64,000 bases of DNA from Phyllobates terribilis (GCF_046119375.1 NW_027362761.1:775930001-775994000); one strand, 5' to 3'. Shown: positions 33,001 to 44,701, counted from the stretch's first letter. A program made the numbers and translations. The notes: a model not told the origin generated them from the sequence alone.

Positions 33001-34097
33001 CGGAACAGGTCCTGACAGACCAGGGTCCAGCGTTCGAAGCTGAAATCTTCCAGGAGTTCTGCAACCTCTATGGCTGTAAGAAGATTCGGACAACGCCTTA
33101 CCACCCCCAAACCAACGGGATGTGTGAGAAGATGAACAATATAGTCATTGATCTCCTGAAGACGTTGCCCCTGGAGGAACGCAGCCTGTGGCCAGAAAAA
33201 TTGCCGGACCTGGTAGACATGTACAACAACATCCCGGTGAACGCTACAAACTGCACCCCGGCTTACCTGATGCGAGCTAGACCAGGTAAGCTGCCCGTAG
33301 ACCTGGAGATGGGAGTCCTAATACCTGAGGACACCTCCCCGGATGCGGACTGGGATACGGAAAGGCAACTGCAGTACAAGAAGGTACAGGAGAGTGTGGA
33401 GAAGAGCCTGGCCCAGGTGAGAGAGAAGCAAGAAAGACTCTTCAATCAACACGCCCCTGCTGGTCCCCTAGAACCTGGTGAGCAAGTCCTAAAGCGAAAA
33501 AGAAGGCTACATAAGTTGGACGACCAATGGGAAAGGGAACCCTACACCGTACTGCAGTCTGACCACGACAACCCAAAGGTGTGCGTAATCACCAAGGACG
33601 GAGGAGAAACCACTAGTGTCGTCTCCAGAGACCACCTCAAAAGGTGCCCCGAGCAACTCCGTAGTGCAGAAGAGGATCAGAGTGACCTTGAACCCGCAGA
33701 GGACAAGGAAGAAATGATCAGCACCGTTCTCGGAGAGTTCCCTCAGTCCTGGACTCGCATAAATGATGCCATAGTGGTACCCGTCCTGCATTTCCTGCAA
33801 CCGGCACAGCAACAACCAACACCAGAGCCGGAAGGTGAAGAGGAGCGAGCGGTTCCAGAGGCAGAAGAGCCTGTACCAGCAGCCCAGGAGAGTCAACCCT
33901 CTGCTGACAGTGAGCCTGCCATGCCTGCGGTAAGCCAAAGGACCCGCAGACAGCTGCCTGCCCTACCTGTACACCCAGCTGGTAGCTGTACCCCTAACGC
34001 TAGTGGGGAAAGCCAGGTTAGTCCACCACCAGACAGTGGGTTAAGGAGGTCAACCAGGAGCACAAAGGGACAGATACCCGCTCGCTGGAGACTATAG
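30033..34097 (+). CDS. pol: Pol polyprotein of element D (protease, RT, RNase H, integrase). Probably expressed as Gag-Pol, frame open from 29928.
   Basis: LLDTGSQVT, LDLTSGYWQV, MPFGLCNAPGTFQR, YLDD, HTDASNVGLGAVL, HDRAGH...CRDCGPC, LDHV/TDQG/E core. 1354 codons without a stop. Confidence 0.96.
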   Translation: MVLDGIPMNALLDTGSQVTTIPYVLFKQYWTDADITRYPDSNLSIIASNGLPVPQMGFKEMTIKIGKVELPAQGVIIVDIDRHESHPKITVGTNIIENCLSEVIVILQQVAVNASSSQQRVLNKEIKALMRRQQVELSGGEIGSVRLSDPFPISMPPKSEMMIWCWTAIGLRGRDYQAMVEPVYSDSRPTILIARGVVDVRHGRVPVRILNIGEREVHLSRYATLAKLFVVEHQAIRAVEPLPPSPQAEGNGSQKQKEDWCQKLHVGADSTPLHQKQGVYRVVQEYERVFSKHPLDFGRVKGIEHHIPTGSHPPIKERHRPVPPAHYQNAKGMLREMKEAGVIRDSCSPWEAPLVLVKKKDRTMRMCVDYRQINRITHKDAYPLPRIEESLAALKSANFFYTLDLTSGYWQVPVAEADKEKTAFTTPMGLSEFNCMPFGLCNAPGTFQRLMECCLGHRNFETVLLYLDDVIVYSKTYEDHIKHLAEVFEALVGYGLKVKPSKCHLLKPKVQYLGHVVSAEGVAPDPDKVTAIKSWPSPSNIKEVRQFLGLVGYYQRFIPGFTKMADPMQDLLIGQSKSRSQKPPFKWDKPEEESFRQLKMALTGDEILAYPDYGQPFILHTDASNVGLGAVLSQNQQGRERVIAYASRKLRPTERNPENYSSFKLEFLAVVWAVTERFKHYLASAKFTVYMDNNPLTHLDNARLGALEQRWMARLSNYDFVIKYRAGKTNANADALSRMPHLPEGDEDPEELEEVELPAFHRYGAAQHSHRVKEEDLTTVMMNPLPHHSWAETQDSDPAVRLVKDLLTREDARLDPDAPEEAKQLWKEKSKLFLYEGKLCRRIVNHRTHELTWQVVVPRRDAAMVLGAYHDRAGHFGWKKLEFLLRGRFFWVCMRGAVEKWCRDCGPCHLRRKDRTSQKTPLRPIVTTQPLELVALDHVKLAPSRSGYIYALTIVDHYSRFLVVVLVKDLTAQTAARAFQRYFCRPHGYPEQVLTDQGPAFEAEIFQEFCNLYGCKKIRTTPYHPQTNGMCEKMNNIVIDLLKTLPLEERSLWPEKLPDLVDMYNNIPVNATNCTPAYLMRARPGKLPVDLEMGVLIPEDTSPDADWDTERQLQYKKVQESVEKSLAQVREKQERLFNQHAPAGPLEPGEQVLKRKRRLHKLDDQWEREPYTVLQSDHDNPKVCVITKDGGETTSVVSRDHLKRCPEQLRSAEEDQSDLEPAEDKEEMISTVLGEFPQSWTRINDAIVVPVLHFLQPAQQQPTPEPEGEEERAVPEAEEPVPAAQESQPSADSEPAMPAVSQRTRRQLPALPVHPAGSCTPNASGESQVSPPPDSGLRRSTRSTKGQIPARWRL

Positions 34098-34483
34098 AGT
34101 GTACCAAGATTGTAAATTACCCTGTTGCAAAATGTTGAAATGTTTGCCAAGTTACCTGCGTGATTATTAATAGCGTGTTTCAGTTTCTTGCAGCTACCGT
34201 AAGGACTCAAAGGTTATGGACTTTTTATAACCGGGACCTTGTATGGACTGCGTTTGGAGCCTAACCCAGGAGTGAACTAAGACTGTAAAGGACTTGGGGT
34301 AGGACAGACCCCCACCTGGTTAAGGCTCCCCGTTGTGCTGGTGATATGGACACCCGGTCACAGACCACACTGTGACCTTAAGAACTCAATTTGTGCGTCA
34401 TCTGTCTATTAATGTTTTATTGTTATGCATATTGTCTTTGTTTATTGTTTAGTCCCGGAGTACTAAATTTCACTAGGGCGGAA

Positions 34484-35523
34484 TGTGTCACCCTGACCTG
34501 GATGCCACAAGTGTAATTAAAGCTGTGTCTGAGAGCAAGGGGGAGGTTCTCTAGTCAGGGGAACATTAGCATGCAATGCTTCCTGTCTCAGGCCAGTAGG
34601 GGGAGCTGGCTGCCCCTATAAAAGCTGGTACTGAGGGCAGGGTTAGAGAGAACTGGAAAGCCTGTCTCAGCTCTGAGACGTGTCCCAGAGTGGAGCAGGG
34701 ACAGAAAGTTGATTGCACCTAAGAGGAAGTGTGGCAGGAGGAGAGCCACAAGCCAGAGACAAGAGGCGAAGAGAGCCTGTCTAGGCAGAGAAAAGACTTA
34801 ATTTTACCAGACTTTGGTGTCTGAGGCTCGAAGGATTCCACATCCCCCAGCAGAGAACCAGTCCGCAAGGGACTGTACATTCCTTGGCCTAAGAAGCCTG
34901 GAGGCCCTGCCACAACCGAAGGGACCAGTAAAGCCGTACAAGGCTGGGAGCAGAAAGGAACCCACGTCGCAGGCCATACAGGCGAGAATACACGGAGAGC
35001 TCGGAAACGTGGGCTGTTATCCTATCAGGAGGAGATAGCCAGAAGGAGCGCAGAAAGCACGGTAGGCCTACACCCTCACCCTGACCAGGGCCAATTTCCC
35101 CGTTGCTCTCAGACATCCAGGTCCCCTCCTAGCCGGGACTGTTTGTGGGTCAATTTACCTGTTTTAGTAAAGACCCTGGACTGCAACCTGTTGTCTGTGT
35201 GCTCCTTGCTCCTCCAGCACTACCAGCACTGGGACTCTCACTACCATCACTCCCACCATCCACTATACTGCCCTGGGGCCGCACTCTTCCCGTGGGGAGT
35301 CACACTACCCTAGCTGCACACCTCATCAGCCCCAGCGGTCTGCATGCAGCGGCAGTTCCTAATAACCGCAATCCACGGGTGGCGTAGTCGGACATAAACA
35401 TCAGTACATAACGGACTACCACTGGCCTGACCACCCTGAGCCACGGAACCGGGTTGCCACTACTACTCCCACCGTTTCCCTATTGCCCGGATCCAAGTGC
35501 CCCACGGCCCAGGGGGCGAGTCA
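34484..35523 (+). repeat. 3' LTR of element D
   Basis: Offset 6992 from the 5' LTR, preceded by a short purine tract AGGGCGGAA. Confidence 0.96.
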
Positions 35524-35689
35524 TATTCATCTGTGTACTCTTATGACAAGTCACTGTTTGTTCACTGACCTGCCTCCTATTTTAGCTAGCCCCCCACTAC
35601 TAGATGAATTATGTAAAATAGGAGGCAGGTCAGTGAAGGCACAGTGAGCTGCTGTTTTGGGTCATTGTTCATCTATAATGTGAATCGCT

Positions 35690-36030
35690 GTCCATTCAAA
35701 CATGGTGCATTTGGTTGACTCTGAGCAGAAAGTATAGCCCAGTACACTTTAGAATTCAACCGGCTGCTTCTGTCTTCAGTCACATCATCAATAAACACCA
35801 GTTACCCAGTGCCATGGAAGCCATGTATGCTCATGCCATCACAATGCCTCTACCATGTTTTACAGTGGATGTGGTATGCATTGGCTGTTCCAAGCCTTCT
35901 CCATACATTCTTCTTCCCATCATTCTGGTAGAGGTTCATCTTAGTTTCATCTGTCCAAAGAACTGGGCTGGCCTCTTGTTTTTGGCAAAGTCTAATCTGG
36001 CCTTTATTTTTTTAAGGCTTGAAATGTGCT
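35690..36030 (-). pseudogene. Tc1-like transposase fragment (DDE-domain start), probably the downstream half of the Tc1 at 41261-41868
   Basis: The minus strand gives decayed KARLDFAK...DETKMNLYQNDGKKNVWRRLGTA...VKHGRGIVMA...GNWVFIDDVTEDRSSRLNS. Confidence 0.8.
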
Positions 36031-36279
36031 AAAAAGTGTCTAAATAAATTCTAGTTGTATTAAGGAAGATGGCTATATAAAGAAAGCCTCCTTACCTGTC
36101 TGCGGTGTGTAATGGTGACGATCTGTTCTGGGTGATAATTTGCTAAAGATGCGAGGAATCCTGAGTTCTGGATCCATGCTGTACTTCTAGGTGAATGGTG
36201 TTAGTAAGGTGCCGGCCTGTCACGTTTGTACAAACACCTGTTCAAAAAAAGCTGCCGCCTTGCAGATATGTGATGTCAC

Positions 36280-36390
36280 TGAAACAGTACGGGCTCTCTT
36301 CACGAAAAAAGAGTGCTTGTTTGTCCAACGCGTTTCTGTGGTTACGGCCGCCTTCACTCTTTTTTCCTGAAGAGAGCCCGTACTGTTTCA
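36280..36390. repeat. 36-bp near-perfect inverted repeat with a 39-nt loop at the truncated 5' edge of element E
   Basis: TGAAACAGTACGGGCTCTCTTCACGAAAAAAGAGTG / CACTCTTTTTTCCTGAAGAGAGCCCGTACTGTTTCA, 1 mismatch. Confidence 0.9.
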
Positions 36391-39300
36391 AATTATAGAG
36401 TTTAGACGCTTGGCAGTAGAGACCTCCTGGAATGACTCCGCTCTTCAGTGTCAGTTCTGCCAGGGACTTTCAGATCAGATTAAGGACATTCTGGCCTACA
36501 GTCCTTGTCTGCAGTCCCTGGAGAAAGCTATGACAGTTATTGTTCATTTAGATAGACGCCTGAGAGGTAGAGACACATGTAAAGGCATTTCAGTAGCATC
36601 TTCCTTGCTACTAGTTGAAACTTGTGAACCTATGCAAATTGATGCTTTCAGAGATCCTAGAGGGTATACAGAATTCAGAGCATTTAACTTGTTTTTGTTT
36701 GTACTGTAGTCATTCGGGTCACGTCGTGGTTCAATGTTTCAAATATAATGAATCTCTAAAAAAAAAAGGAGGAGACTCTATAATGTAAATATGCAGGTTC
36801 AAAGTGTCTCTTGTACAAGCATCCGTTTTTTATTTACAGGTATCCCTTGAGACAAAGTCTGGTTTTATATTTATGCCTTCATTTGTGGATTCAGGCTCTG
36901 CCTTGAATCTATTTGATCATGATTTTGCTGTAGACTATGGTTATGATTTCTCCTCTTTCGGCCTTCCTATTCAAGTTTTGTCAATTGATAATTCTCCTCT
37001 TTCACAAAGTCACCTTACTATAAAGTTAGAGAATGTATGTGTGAAGGTAGGAGTGTTGCATACTGAATCCATTTCATTCATGGTTTTTCCTTCTCTACCT
37101 GCCAAGTTAGTGTTAGGCTATGTGCCCACGTTGCGGACCTGAAGCATATTTTTTACGCTTCTCCCTGGCGGGAAAATCGCATGCGGATATTACATGCGGT
37201 TTTCTCGCCAGGTAGAAGCGTTTGTGAGGCGTCTTTGCATGCATTTCCGCATGCGGGTTATCAAGCACTTCTCCAAGCATCACTTGGAAAAGTGCTTGAC
37301 AACTTGTTCAGAATGGTAAAAAATAAAAAAATAAACTTTATACTCACCTTCTGATGCATTCTCTGCCCCGTCCGGAGGCTTGAGCGGCTCACGCTGTTGT
37401 GTGCAGGACCTGCGGTGACGTCATTGAGTCATGTGGTGGGTCACATGACTCAATGACGTGGCAGGTCCTTCAGACAACAGCGCGACGGAGGGAAAACATC
37501 AGAAGATAAGTATAAACTTTATTTTTTCTTTTTTTTACAGGTTCTTTGGTACCCAGGTCTGGATGAGAGTCTCCTCTCATCCAGACTTGGGTACCATCCG
37601 CACATTGATTCCGCTGCGCTTCCGCAAAATTAATGAACATGCTGCGGATTTTTGACCGCAGCATATACGCTGCGGAAAAATCCGCAGCATGGGCATTGAC
37701 ATTGCGGAATGCCATTGGGGACCATGGGGTGCGGATATACATGCGTTTTTCAAGCGTTTACGCTGCGGAAATTCCGCAGCATATACGCTTGAAAAACGCT
37801 ACGTGGGCACACAGCCTTAGGCCTGCCATGGTTAATTAAGCACAATTTGGTAATCAGTTGAGAGACTCAAGAGATTAGGTCATGGGGTAACTTTTGCTTG
37901 TCTGTCGAGATCTTTGGCTTCTGTGAGGACTCACCTTCCAGAATGCATGCAGAACTTCTGTGATGTTCTTCCGCCATACAGGCCGTATGGTTGCGCTATT
38001 GACGTCATACCAGGAGCTAAAATGCCTAAAACGCATTTGTTTAACCTTTATCAAAAAGAGTCTGGGTAAGGGTCATATACGGCCATCCACCTCTCTAGTC
38101 GCCGTGGGACTTTTCTTTTGTTAAAAAAAAAGATGGAAGGTTGTTTCCGTGCCTGGAATTTTAGAGAGATTAATAAAATCATTGTTCGCAATCCTTACCA
38201 TTTGCCCCTTATACCTGATCTTTTTAACCAATTATCTGGAGATAAATTTTTTTCCAAACTTGACTTGAGAGGGGCATATAACCCTATACGTGTTCGTCAG
38301 GGTGATGAATGGAAGACTGCATTTAATACGCCTAAAGGTCATTTTGAAAATTTGGTGATGCCGTTTGGGTTAACCAATGCCCCAGCATTCTTTCAAAATT
38401 TCATAAATTACATTTTTTGCTCTCTGGTGGGTAGAGTTGTTGTAATTTACCTGGATGACATTGATTTACTCACGTACTCAGGAGGAGCATTGTGAGCATG
38501 TCAAACAGGTTCTACGTAACAACCATTTATTTGCTAAACTGGAGAAATGTCAATGTGAAGTACAGCAGGTCCAGTTCTTATGGACACCATTGAGGTGCAA
38601 CCAGTTCTTGATTGGGTTTAACCGAGTACCCTGAAACTGTTGCAGAGATTTCATGGCTTTGCAAATTTTTATTGGAAGTTCATTAAGAACATTTCAGTCA
38701 TAGGCAAGCCTTTAACTGACATGACTAAGAAGGGAACATACTTTTTTTCTTGGTCAGCCAAGGTGGTAAATGCTTTTTCAACTCACAAAACAGCTTTCTC
38801 TAAGGCACCAGTTCTCAGTCAACCCAAGATCAATCTGCATTTTTCGAGGTAGTTGCTTCCTCTATTGGGATGGACGCTGTCCTTTCCTAAAAATGAGTCG
38901 GTATCTACATCCATGTGTTTTTACTCCCAAACGTTCACTCAAGCTAAATCGAATTATGACACTGGTGACCGAGAACTTCTGGCAGTTAAAAGAGCCTTTG
39001 AGGAATGGAGACATTGGTTGGAGGTGACAAGATATAAGGTGACTGTCTTTAACAATCATAAGAACCTATAATATATTGATGCTGCTAAATACTTAAATCA
39101 AGACAGGCTCGGTGAGCCCTTTTTTGCCCAGTTTGACTTTGTTATTACTTATCTCCTCATATTAGAATGTCAAGACTGACGCTTTGTCTCGTAGCTTTGT
39201 CTCAGAGTTGAGGGATGAAAATCCAGTCAAGATTCTTAGTGAGGGGGTGGTGGTTGGTGCTCTGGGAGTAGATCTCAGGCAGCGCATTCAGGATGCTCAA

Positions 39301-41260
39301 GACAGTGCACCGGAAGATATACCAACAGTATAAACAAACTTTATGTACCACCCTCTTTACCCATAGATCTTCTTAATGAAGTGCATGATTCCATTTTAGC
39401 TGGGCATCTGGGTTCTTCTGCTACTTGGAGATCTCTTTCTAGCAGAATGCTCATAGGCATATTGAAGCGTATGCCCGTAGATGTAGAGTCTGTGCCAGAG
39501 CTAAAGCCTCTTGTCAAGCTCCAGTGGGTTATCTCTTGCCCAACGATGTTCCATCGCAGCCCTGGATCCACTTGTCCATATACTTTGTCACTGATTTGCC
39601 TAACTCTGGTGGTGATACAGTTGTCTGGGTGGTGGTGGACCATTTTGGCAAAATGGTTCATTTGGTCCCACTTCAAAAGTTGCCAGCTGCTAAGAACTTA
39701 GCAACTTTGTTCATTTCTCATATCGTTAAATTGCATGGTGTTACCAAAAACATTACTTCTTATAGAGGGGCACAATTTCTGGCTAGCTTTTAGCATAGTT
39801 TTTGCTCCAGATTGGGTATCAAGCTGGCTTTTTCCTCAGGTTATCATCTCAAGACTGGGCAAACAGAAAAGATGAACCAAGATGTAGAGCAGTATTTGAG
39901 ATGTCTTGTTTCCTCCAATCAGGAAGACTAGGTGAAGTTTCTGCCCTTTGCCGAGTTTGCTGTAAAAAACCATACCTCTATGGCTACCGGGACCTCATTT
40001 TTTTGGCTGCAGGGGTTTTCATCCAGTGTTTACGGACTTTTCAGGGTTACAATCTTCCATGCCAGAAAAGGAGAGATTTTCTTCCCAATTAATTAAGGTC
40101 TGTAGGGTAGTGGAAATGGGTCTGTAGGGTAGTCGAAATGGGTCTTTTGGTAGCTAGTGACTGCTAACCACAGACATAGGAAGGCTCCTGTCTTTGGGGT
40201 GGGTGATTTTGTGTGGTTTTCCTCAAAAAATCTACACTTAAAGATCATGTCTAGGAAGTTTTCAACTAAAACCTATAAAATTATTAAACTTTCCATTCTT
40301 CCCTCTTAAAAAAATTTGAGGGGACACCTAGTCCTCAAGACATAATTGAGGTGGATTTGGAAGGGGATCGGGAGTATGAGGTAGAGCAAGTTCTTGGTTG
40401 CAGGTGAGTCAGGGCCGTCTGTAATATCTCTTTAAGTGGAAAGGTTATGGTCATGAAGAAAACGCCTGGGTTGGAGTCGGAGGATCTTCATGCAGATTGC
40501 CTGGTAAGGGAGTTCCATCAACGATGTCAGACGGTCCGGTGACCACTCGTAGAAGGGGGGGTACTGTGATGGCTTGGTTTGGGGGTTCGATCCGCTGACC
40601 TGTTGCTGCGTGGTCGGTTCGTCTGTCTGTTGAGCTATTGCTTTTTCTTCACTGTCCAAATGTTGATGGTTCCCATTGTCTTTGTTCCCTATTCTTGGTT
40701 TGTTCATCTCCAGGTGTTTTCCATTTTCTTGTTTTGGTGTGCCCTATCACATTCTTTGTTGGGTTTTATATGTTCACCATTCACTGCACTTTCTTGCTAG
40801 TTATACCTATAGGTGGACTTGGGTTTACCTTTCATGATAAACACAAGTTGAATTCCTAGGGTGATCTTTTTTTTCCTATATAGTTCTTCTTCCTTTGTCC
40901 TTCTTAGGTGTCTGGGAGGTTATACTTGTTCCGTTTACTTTTGGTTCTCCTTAGCTTTCCCTCTACCATATATGAACGTGTTTTAATTTTCTTACTCTGA
41001 GTTTTGTATCTTCCTGCATACTTTCCTCTCCTCTTGTTGGCTGTCTGCTGCGGCCTCTCCTCTGGTTACTCAGGAGGTGCAAGAAACCCCTCGATTTATG
41101 GCCTTTTAGGGAGCCAGGTCCAAGATGGTGTTTTTGAGTTGTGCTGCTAGGGTCTTTCTACTCTGTAAAGGGACCAGTTAGGTTTGGGTGCAACGTCTCC
41201 TTATAGTAGGTCTTCCCTTTTTCTATTACCCATGAGTGAGCGTGTGTTAAGTTCATAACA
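36390..41260 (+). mobile_element. Decayed Gypsy chromovirus E (5' LTR and gag N-terminus missing), 3' LTR 40565-41260
   Basis: gag end (SWNDSALQCQF, EPMQID), protease FVDSGSALNL, RT (LDLRGAY, YLDD), RNase H, integrase and chromodomain remnants with many stops and frameshifts. PPT AGAAGGGGGG-TAC then TGTGATGG...TAACA. Confidence 0.9.
37116..37816. mobile_element. PIF/Harbinger-like MITE inserted in the protease region of element E, TSD TTA
   Basis: TTA|GGCTATGTGCCCACG...CGTGGGCACACAGCC|TTA. Removing it restores LPAKLVL-GLPWL. Confidence 0.92.
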
Positions 41261-41868
41261 CTTCCTGGAGAGTGTTTTTCACTTGAGTCGATGTTATGAA
41301 GGGTTTTTTTTTCACCGTGGAAAGGATTCTGCGATCATCTACCACTGTTGTCTTCCATGGACAACCAGGCATTTTGAGTTCCCAGGCTCACCAGTGCTCA
41401 CTTTTTTTGCAGAATGTACCAAAATGTTGAATTGGCCATTTCTTACATTTCTGCTATGTCTGTGATGATTTTTTTTCAGCCGAATGATCGTTTATTTCTC
41501 TTCCTTTGAGGGCTCCTTTGACTGCATGTTGTGGGTTCACAGCAACAGCTTCCAAATACAAATGCCTTAACTGGAATCATCATCCGACCTTTTACCTGCT
41601 TAACTGATGATGGATTAATGACAGAATAGTTGAGCAGTCCATTAAAGAGCTTTTGAGATAACTGTCCAATTACCTTTGCGCCCTTTAAAAAGAGGTAGCT
41701 ACATATTAAAGAGCTGTAATTCCTAAACCCTTACTCCAATTAGGATGTGAATATCCTCAAATTAAAGCTGAGAGTTTTCACTTTAAGCCCATAATGATTA
41801 TATAACTGTACCTAAAACACCTAAAATGACAAAACATGTCAATGTCCAAATCTTTCTGGACCTAACTG
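41261..41868 (-). mobile_element. Tc1-like transposon 5' end and transposase N-terminus
   Basis: TA|CAGTTAGGTCCAGAAAG terminus on the minus strand, with decayed ...KKPFITSTQVKNTLQEV running up to the LTR of E. Confidence 0.8.
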
Positions 41869-43029
41869 TAGGTCCTAGAGAGCTGAAACCCGGTCCAAAA
41901 CTTTTCAAAGTGCCTGATTCACGTAGACATATTTACAAAACAGCGGAATACAGAGGCAAATATTAATTAAAATCTCTTTAGGAGAGACATTTCTCTGCAT
42001 AACAACTTAGATATGTTGGCTTCATATTACTAGCAAACAAAGTTTTTAACCACACACACAAACAACAAACAGTTAAATCAAATAGACCCATGCAAAGCCG
42101 GGTAATTCTACTAGTCGAGTATAAAGGCGATAACAAAGATGGTCCTGGATCTCGGCTTGCACAAAGTCTATCCATGGAATCCTGCTTTCACAGTTGACAG
42201 ATTCCTTATAACAAAGCTGTAATGCGAAATGCAACATTTCTTCCTCCTACTCCCACAGAAGTATATTACTCATCTCTTCCAGTCCCCCCTATGCCGATGC
42301 CCCTTGACCCGGTTTCCAACAGCAACATGGGGTAAAGTCAAGCAAAGAATGATGTCTTCTTCCTCGCTTTGCAGTGTGAAAGTAAGCACTATTTTTTGGA
42401 AGTACAGTGTGCTCTGCCAATTTTACAGACGGAAGAACCCTTGAATGCAGCAGGTAAGATCACAGAATGGATTCTAATTATTTATTTGGCAGTACGCTCT
42501 TCTAGTGTCAAAAAGAGAGATGAACAAGTGTTTGCCAGAAAATGATTTAGTGCAGAGCCATATAGCTCTAATATGAGACTCGGGCTGACATAGGAATCTG
42601 TATTACAGTTTTTCAACTTCCAATGTCTTTTCTACGCAAAATACAGTACTCGTGCAGTACTTTTTAGTCACATATTAGAAAAAAATGGTTTTGCACACAG
42701 TTTTGTCACAACACCACTTCCTCCATTATAGATAAAAACTGGAATGCCGTGAATACAGGTAACATGTGTATCACAAGTGTAAAAAACTGGAATTGGGCTG
42801 GCAAATACTCAGAATGACAATACTGTTTACGACTATAGTGGAGAAACGAGCTATCGGGACCATTCCCCACTACTTGCACAGGCAGGCCACAGGCCAGCAA
42901 GAGGCCAGCACCATACGGGGGATGTCAGATGGCATGATGACACCTCCTCACCAACTCGAAGACTACAGTGAGGAGGAGCTCATCACCGATTAGCAAGAGA
43001 GCCAGGTGAGATGAGTATTTGCTTCTTTT

Positions 43030-43480
43030 TATACTTTGGCAGTCACAAAAGGGCATAATTATTCCTACAATGAGGCACAATGGTCGGCGTGGTTGGCGTT
43101 GTAAGAAGTCATAAAGGGGGGTGTTATATTGAGGAGCAAAATCGGGGAAGTTATAATAAGGAGTCTCCCTATTATAATGTTCCCTTATGCATCTTCATTG
43201 TAATAATGTCCTCTTTTTAAGAGAAAGCACAGGGTGTGTTATTATTATGAGGACTTTAGTGGGTGCATTATTATAAGGGGCACATGGTGACACTACTATA
43301 GGGGGGAATAAGAAGGCACAGGGGAGCATTATTGCTATGAGGAATATAAAGTGAGGCACTATTGTTAGGATGTACAGGTGGAGCATTATTACTGTGCAGG
43401 GGCACTTTTGTGAGGCACAAGCGGAGGGCACAATTACTGTGTAGGGGCACGGAGAGGGCATGATTACTGTCTCAGGCACT
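43030..43480. repeat. Degenerate G-rich minisatellite-like tract, probably transposon-internal
   Basis: Recurrent GGGGCA..ATTATTA/CTGTG..GGGGCAC motifs. Confidence 0.55.
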
Positions 43481-44220
43481 GGTTATAGTACTGTTTGGTT
43501 TGTTTACAAGAGGGGAATTTGAGGAGGCTGTTTGAAATGCAATGAGCCAAAGATGTCTCTGTGTTACATTCTGCAGGAACGAGTCATGGATAGAAAAACT
43601 AGTCATGAAGATATAGGCCGAATGGAAAACAAAGGGGACATTGAATAACTGATCAGCGAGAATGCCACTAGTGAGTTGCTGAATATATCTCTACAGTATA
43701 CACATATATGGCCTGCAGAGCGCTTGTGTATAACTGGTATTCACCATTATATGGTCACTGTATGGAGTAAAGAGGTAATGTCAATGTTAGTACAATGGTT
43801 TTGGTTTATGATCAGTGATATTATCACTACTGTAGATGCTGGTAATATTTGGTTATGGTGTGACAGTATTTTTTGCTATTATATGATACTAATATTGGTC
43901 TTTGAACATTCATTTTTGTTGAGTAAATTCCTAATGGCGTGTAATATACACACTGTTAGTATTCTGCTTTTCTTGCTGGTTCCAGAATTCGTCAAATTGC
44001 AAACTTGTAGTCACAACACGACAAGAGTCTCAGAACATTGAGCGATGCAGTCAAGACTCTAGTCACCAAATGTTCAAAAGAATGAAAATCACTTACTTGT
44101 AATAATGGAACCGGCATTGTCTGTACATTACACATCTTTAGGTTTTTGCACGCTTCATGGCTTGCCGGAAATTTATTCAGGGATGGACAACCCCCATAAA
44201 GTTTAGTTTGATGGCATTAA

Positions 44221-44644
44221 GGCTCCGTTACACTAAGCGACGCTACAACGATCCCGACAATGATACGACCTGTCAGGGATCGTTACAGCGTCGCTATGTG
44301 GTCGCTGGTGAGATGTCAAACAGTCAGATCTTCCCAACGACTCAGCAACGATGCGGCAACCCGTAACGATCTGTATAACGATGCACGCCTATGTGTTTCT
44401 GTGTCTGAGTCGTCAACAAGGTCGTTGGTAAGGCGTCAAACACACCGATACATGCTACCCAGCGGGGCCTCAACGATCAAAGAAATGTCCAGACCATTCC
44501 GACACGACTAGCGATCTCACAGCAGGGGCCTGGTCGCTGCTAAGTGTCAAACGTAGCGAGATCGCTGCTGAGGTCGCTGTTGCGTCACAAAACTTGTGAC
44601 TCAGCAGCGATCTTGCTAGCGATCTCGCTTAGTGTGACGGGGCC
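44221..44644. mobile_element. PIF/Harbinger-like MITE (CpG-rich, young-looking)
   Basis: TIR GGCTCCGTTACACTAAGCGA / TCGCTTAGTGTGACGGGGCC with TWA-type flanks. Confidence 0.85.
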
Positions 44645-44701
44645 TTTAGTCTGTCACTATATGGTGAAATTATGTAATTACAGCATGGCAGTATTATTTA
44701 A

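Larger units (their letters stand above)
27492..35523 (+). mobile_element. Complete, apparently intact Ty3/Gypsy retrotransposon D (no chromodomain), 4-bp TSD TATT
   Basis: 1040-bp LTRs at 27492-28531 and 34484-35523 with about 6 differences by eye. TATT at 27488-27491 and 35524-35527. PBS, gag and pol intact. Confidence 0.98.

Noticed and set aside
34098-34483. env-like third ORF in element D
   Set aside because: Only 386 bp between the pol stop and the 3' LTR, with no long ORF.
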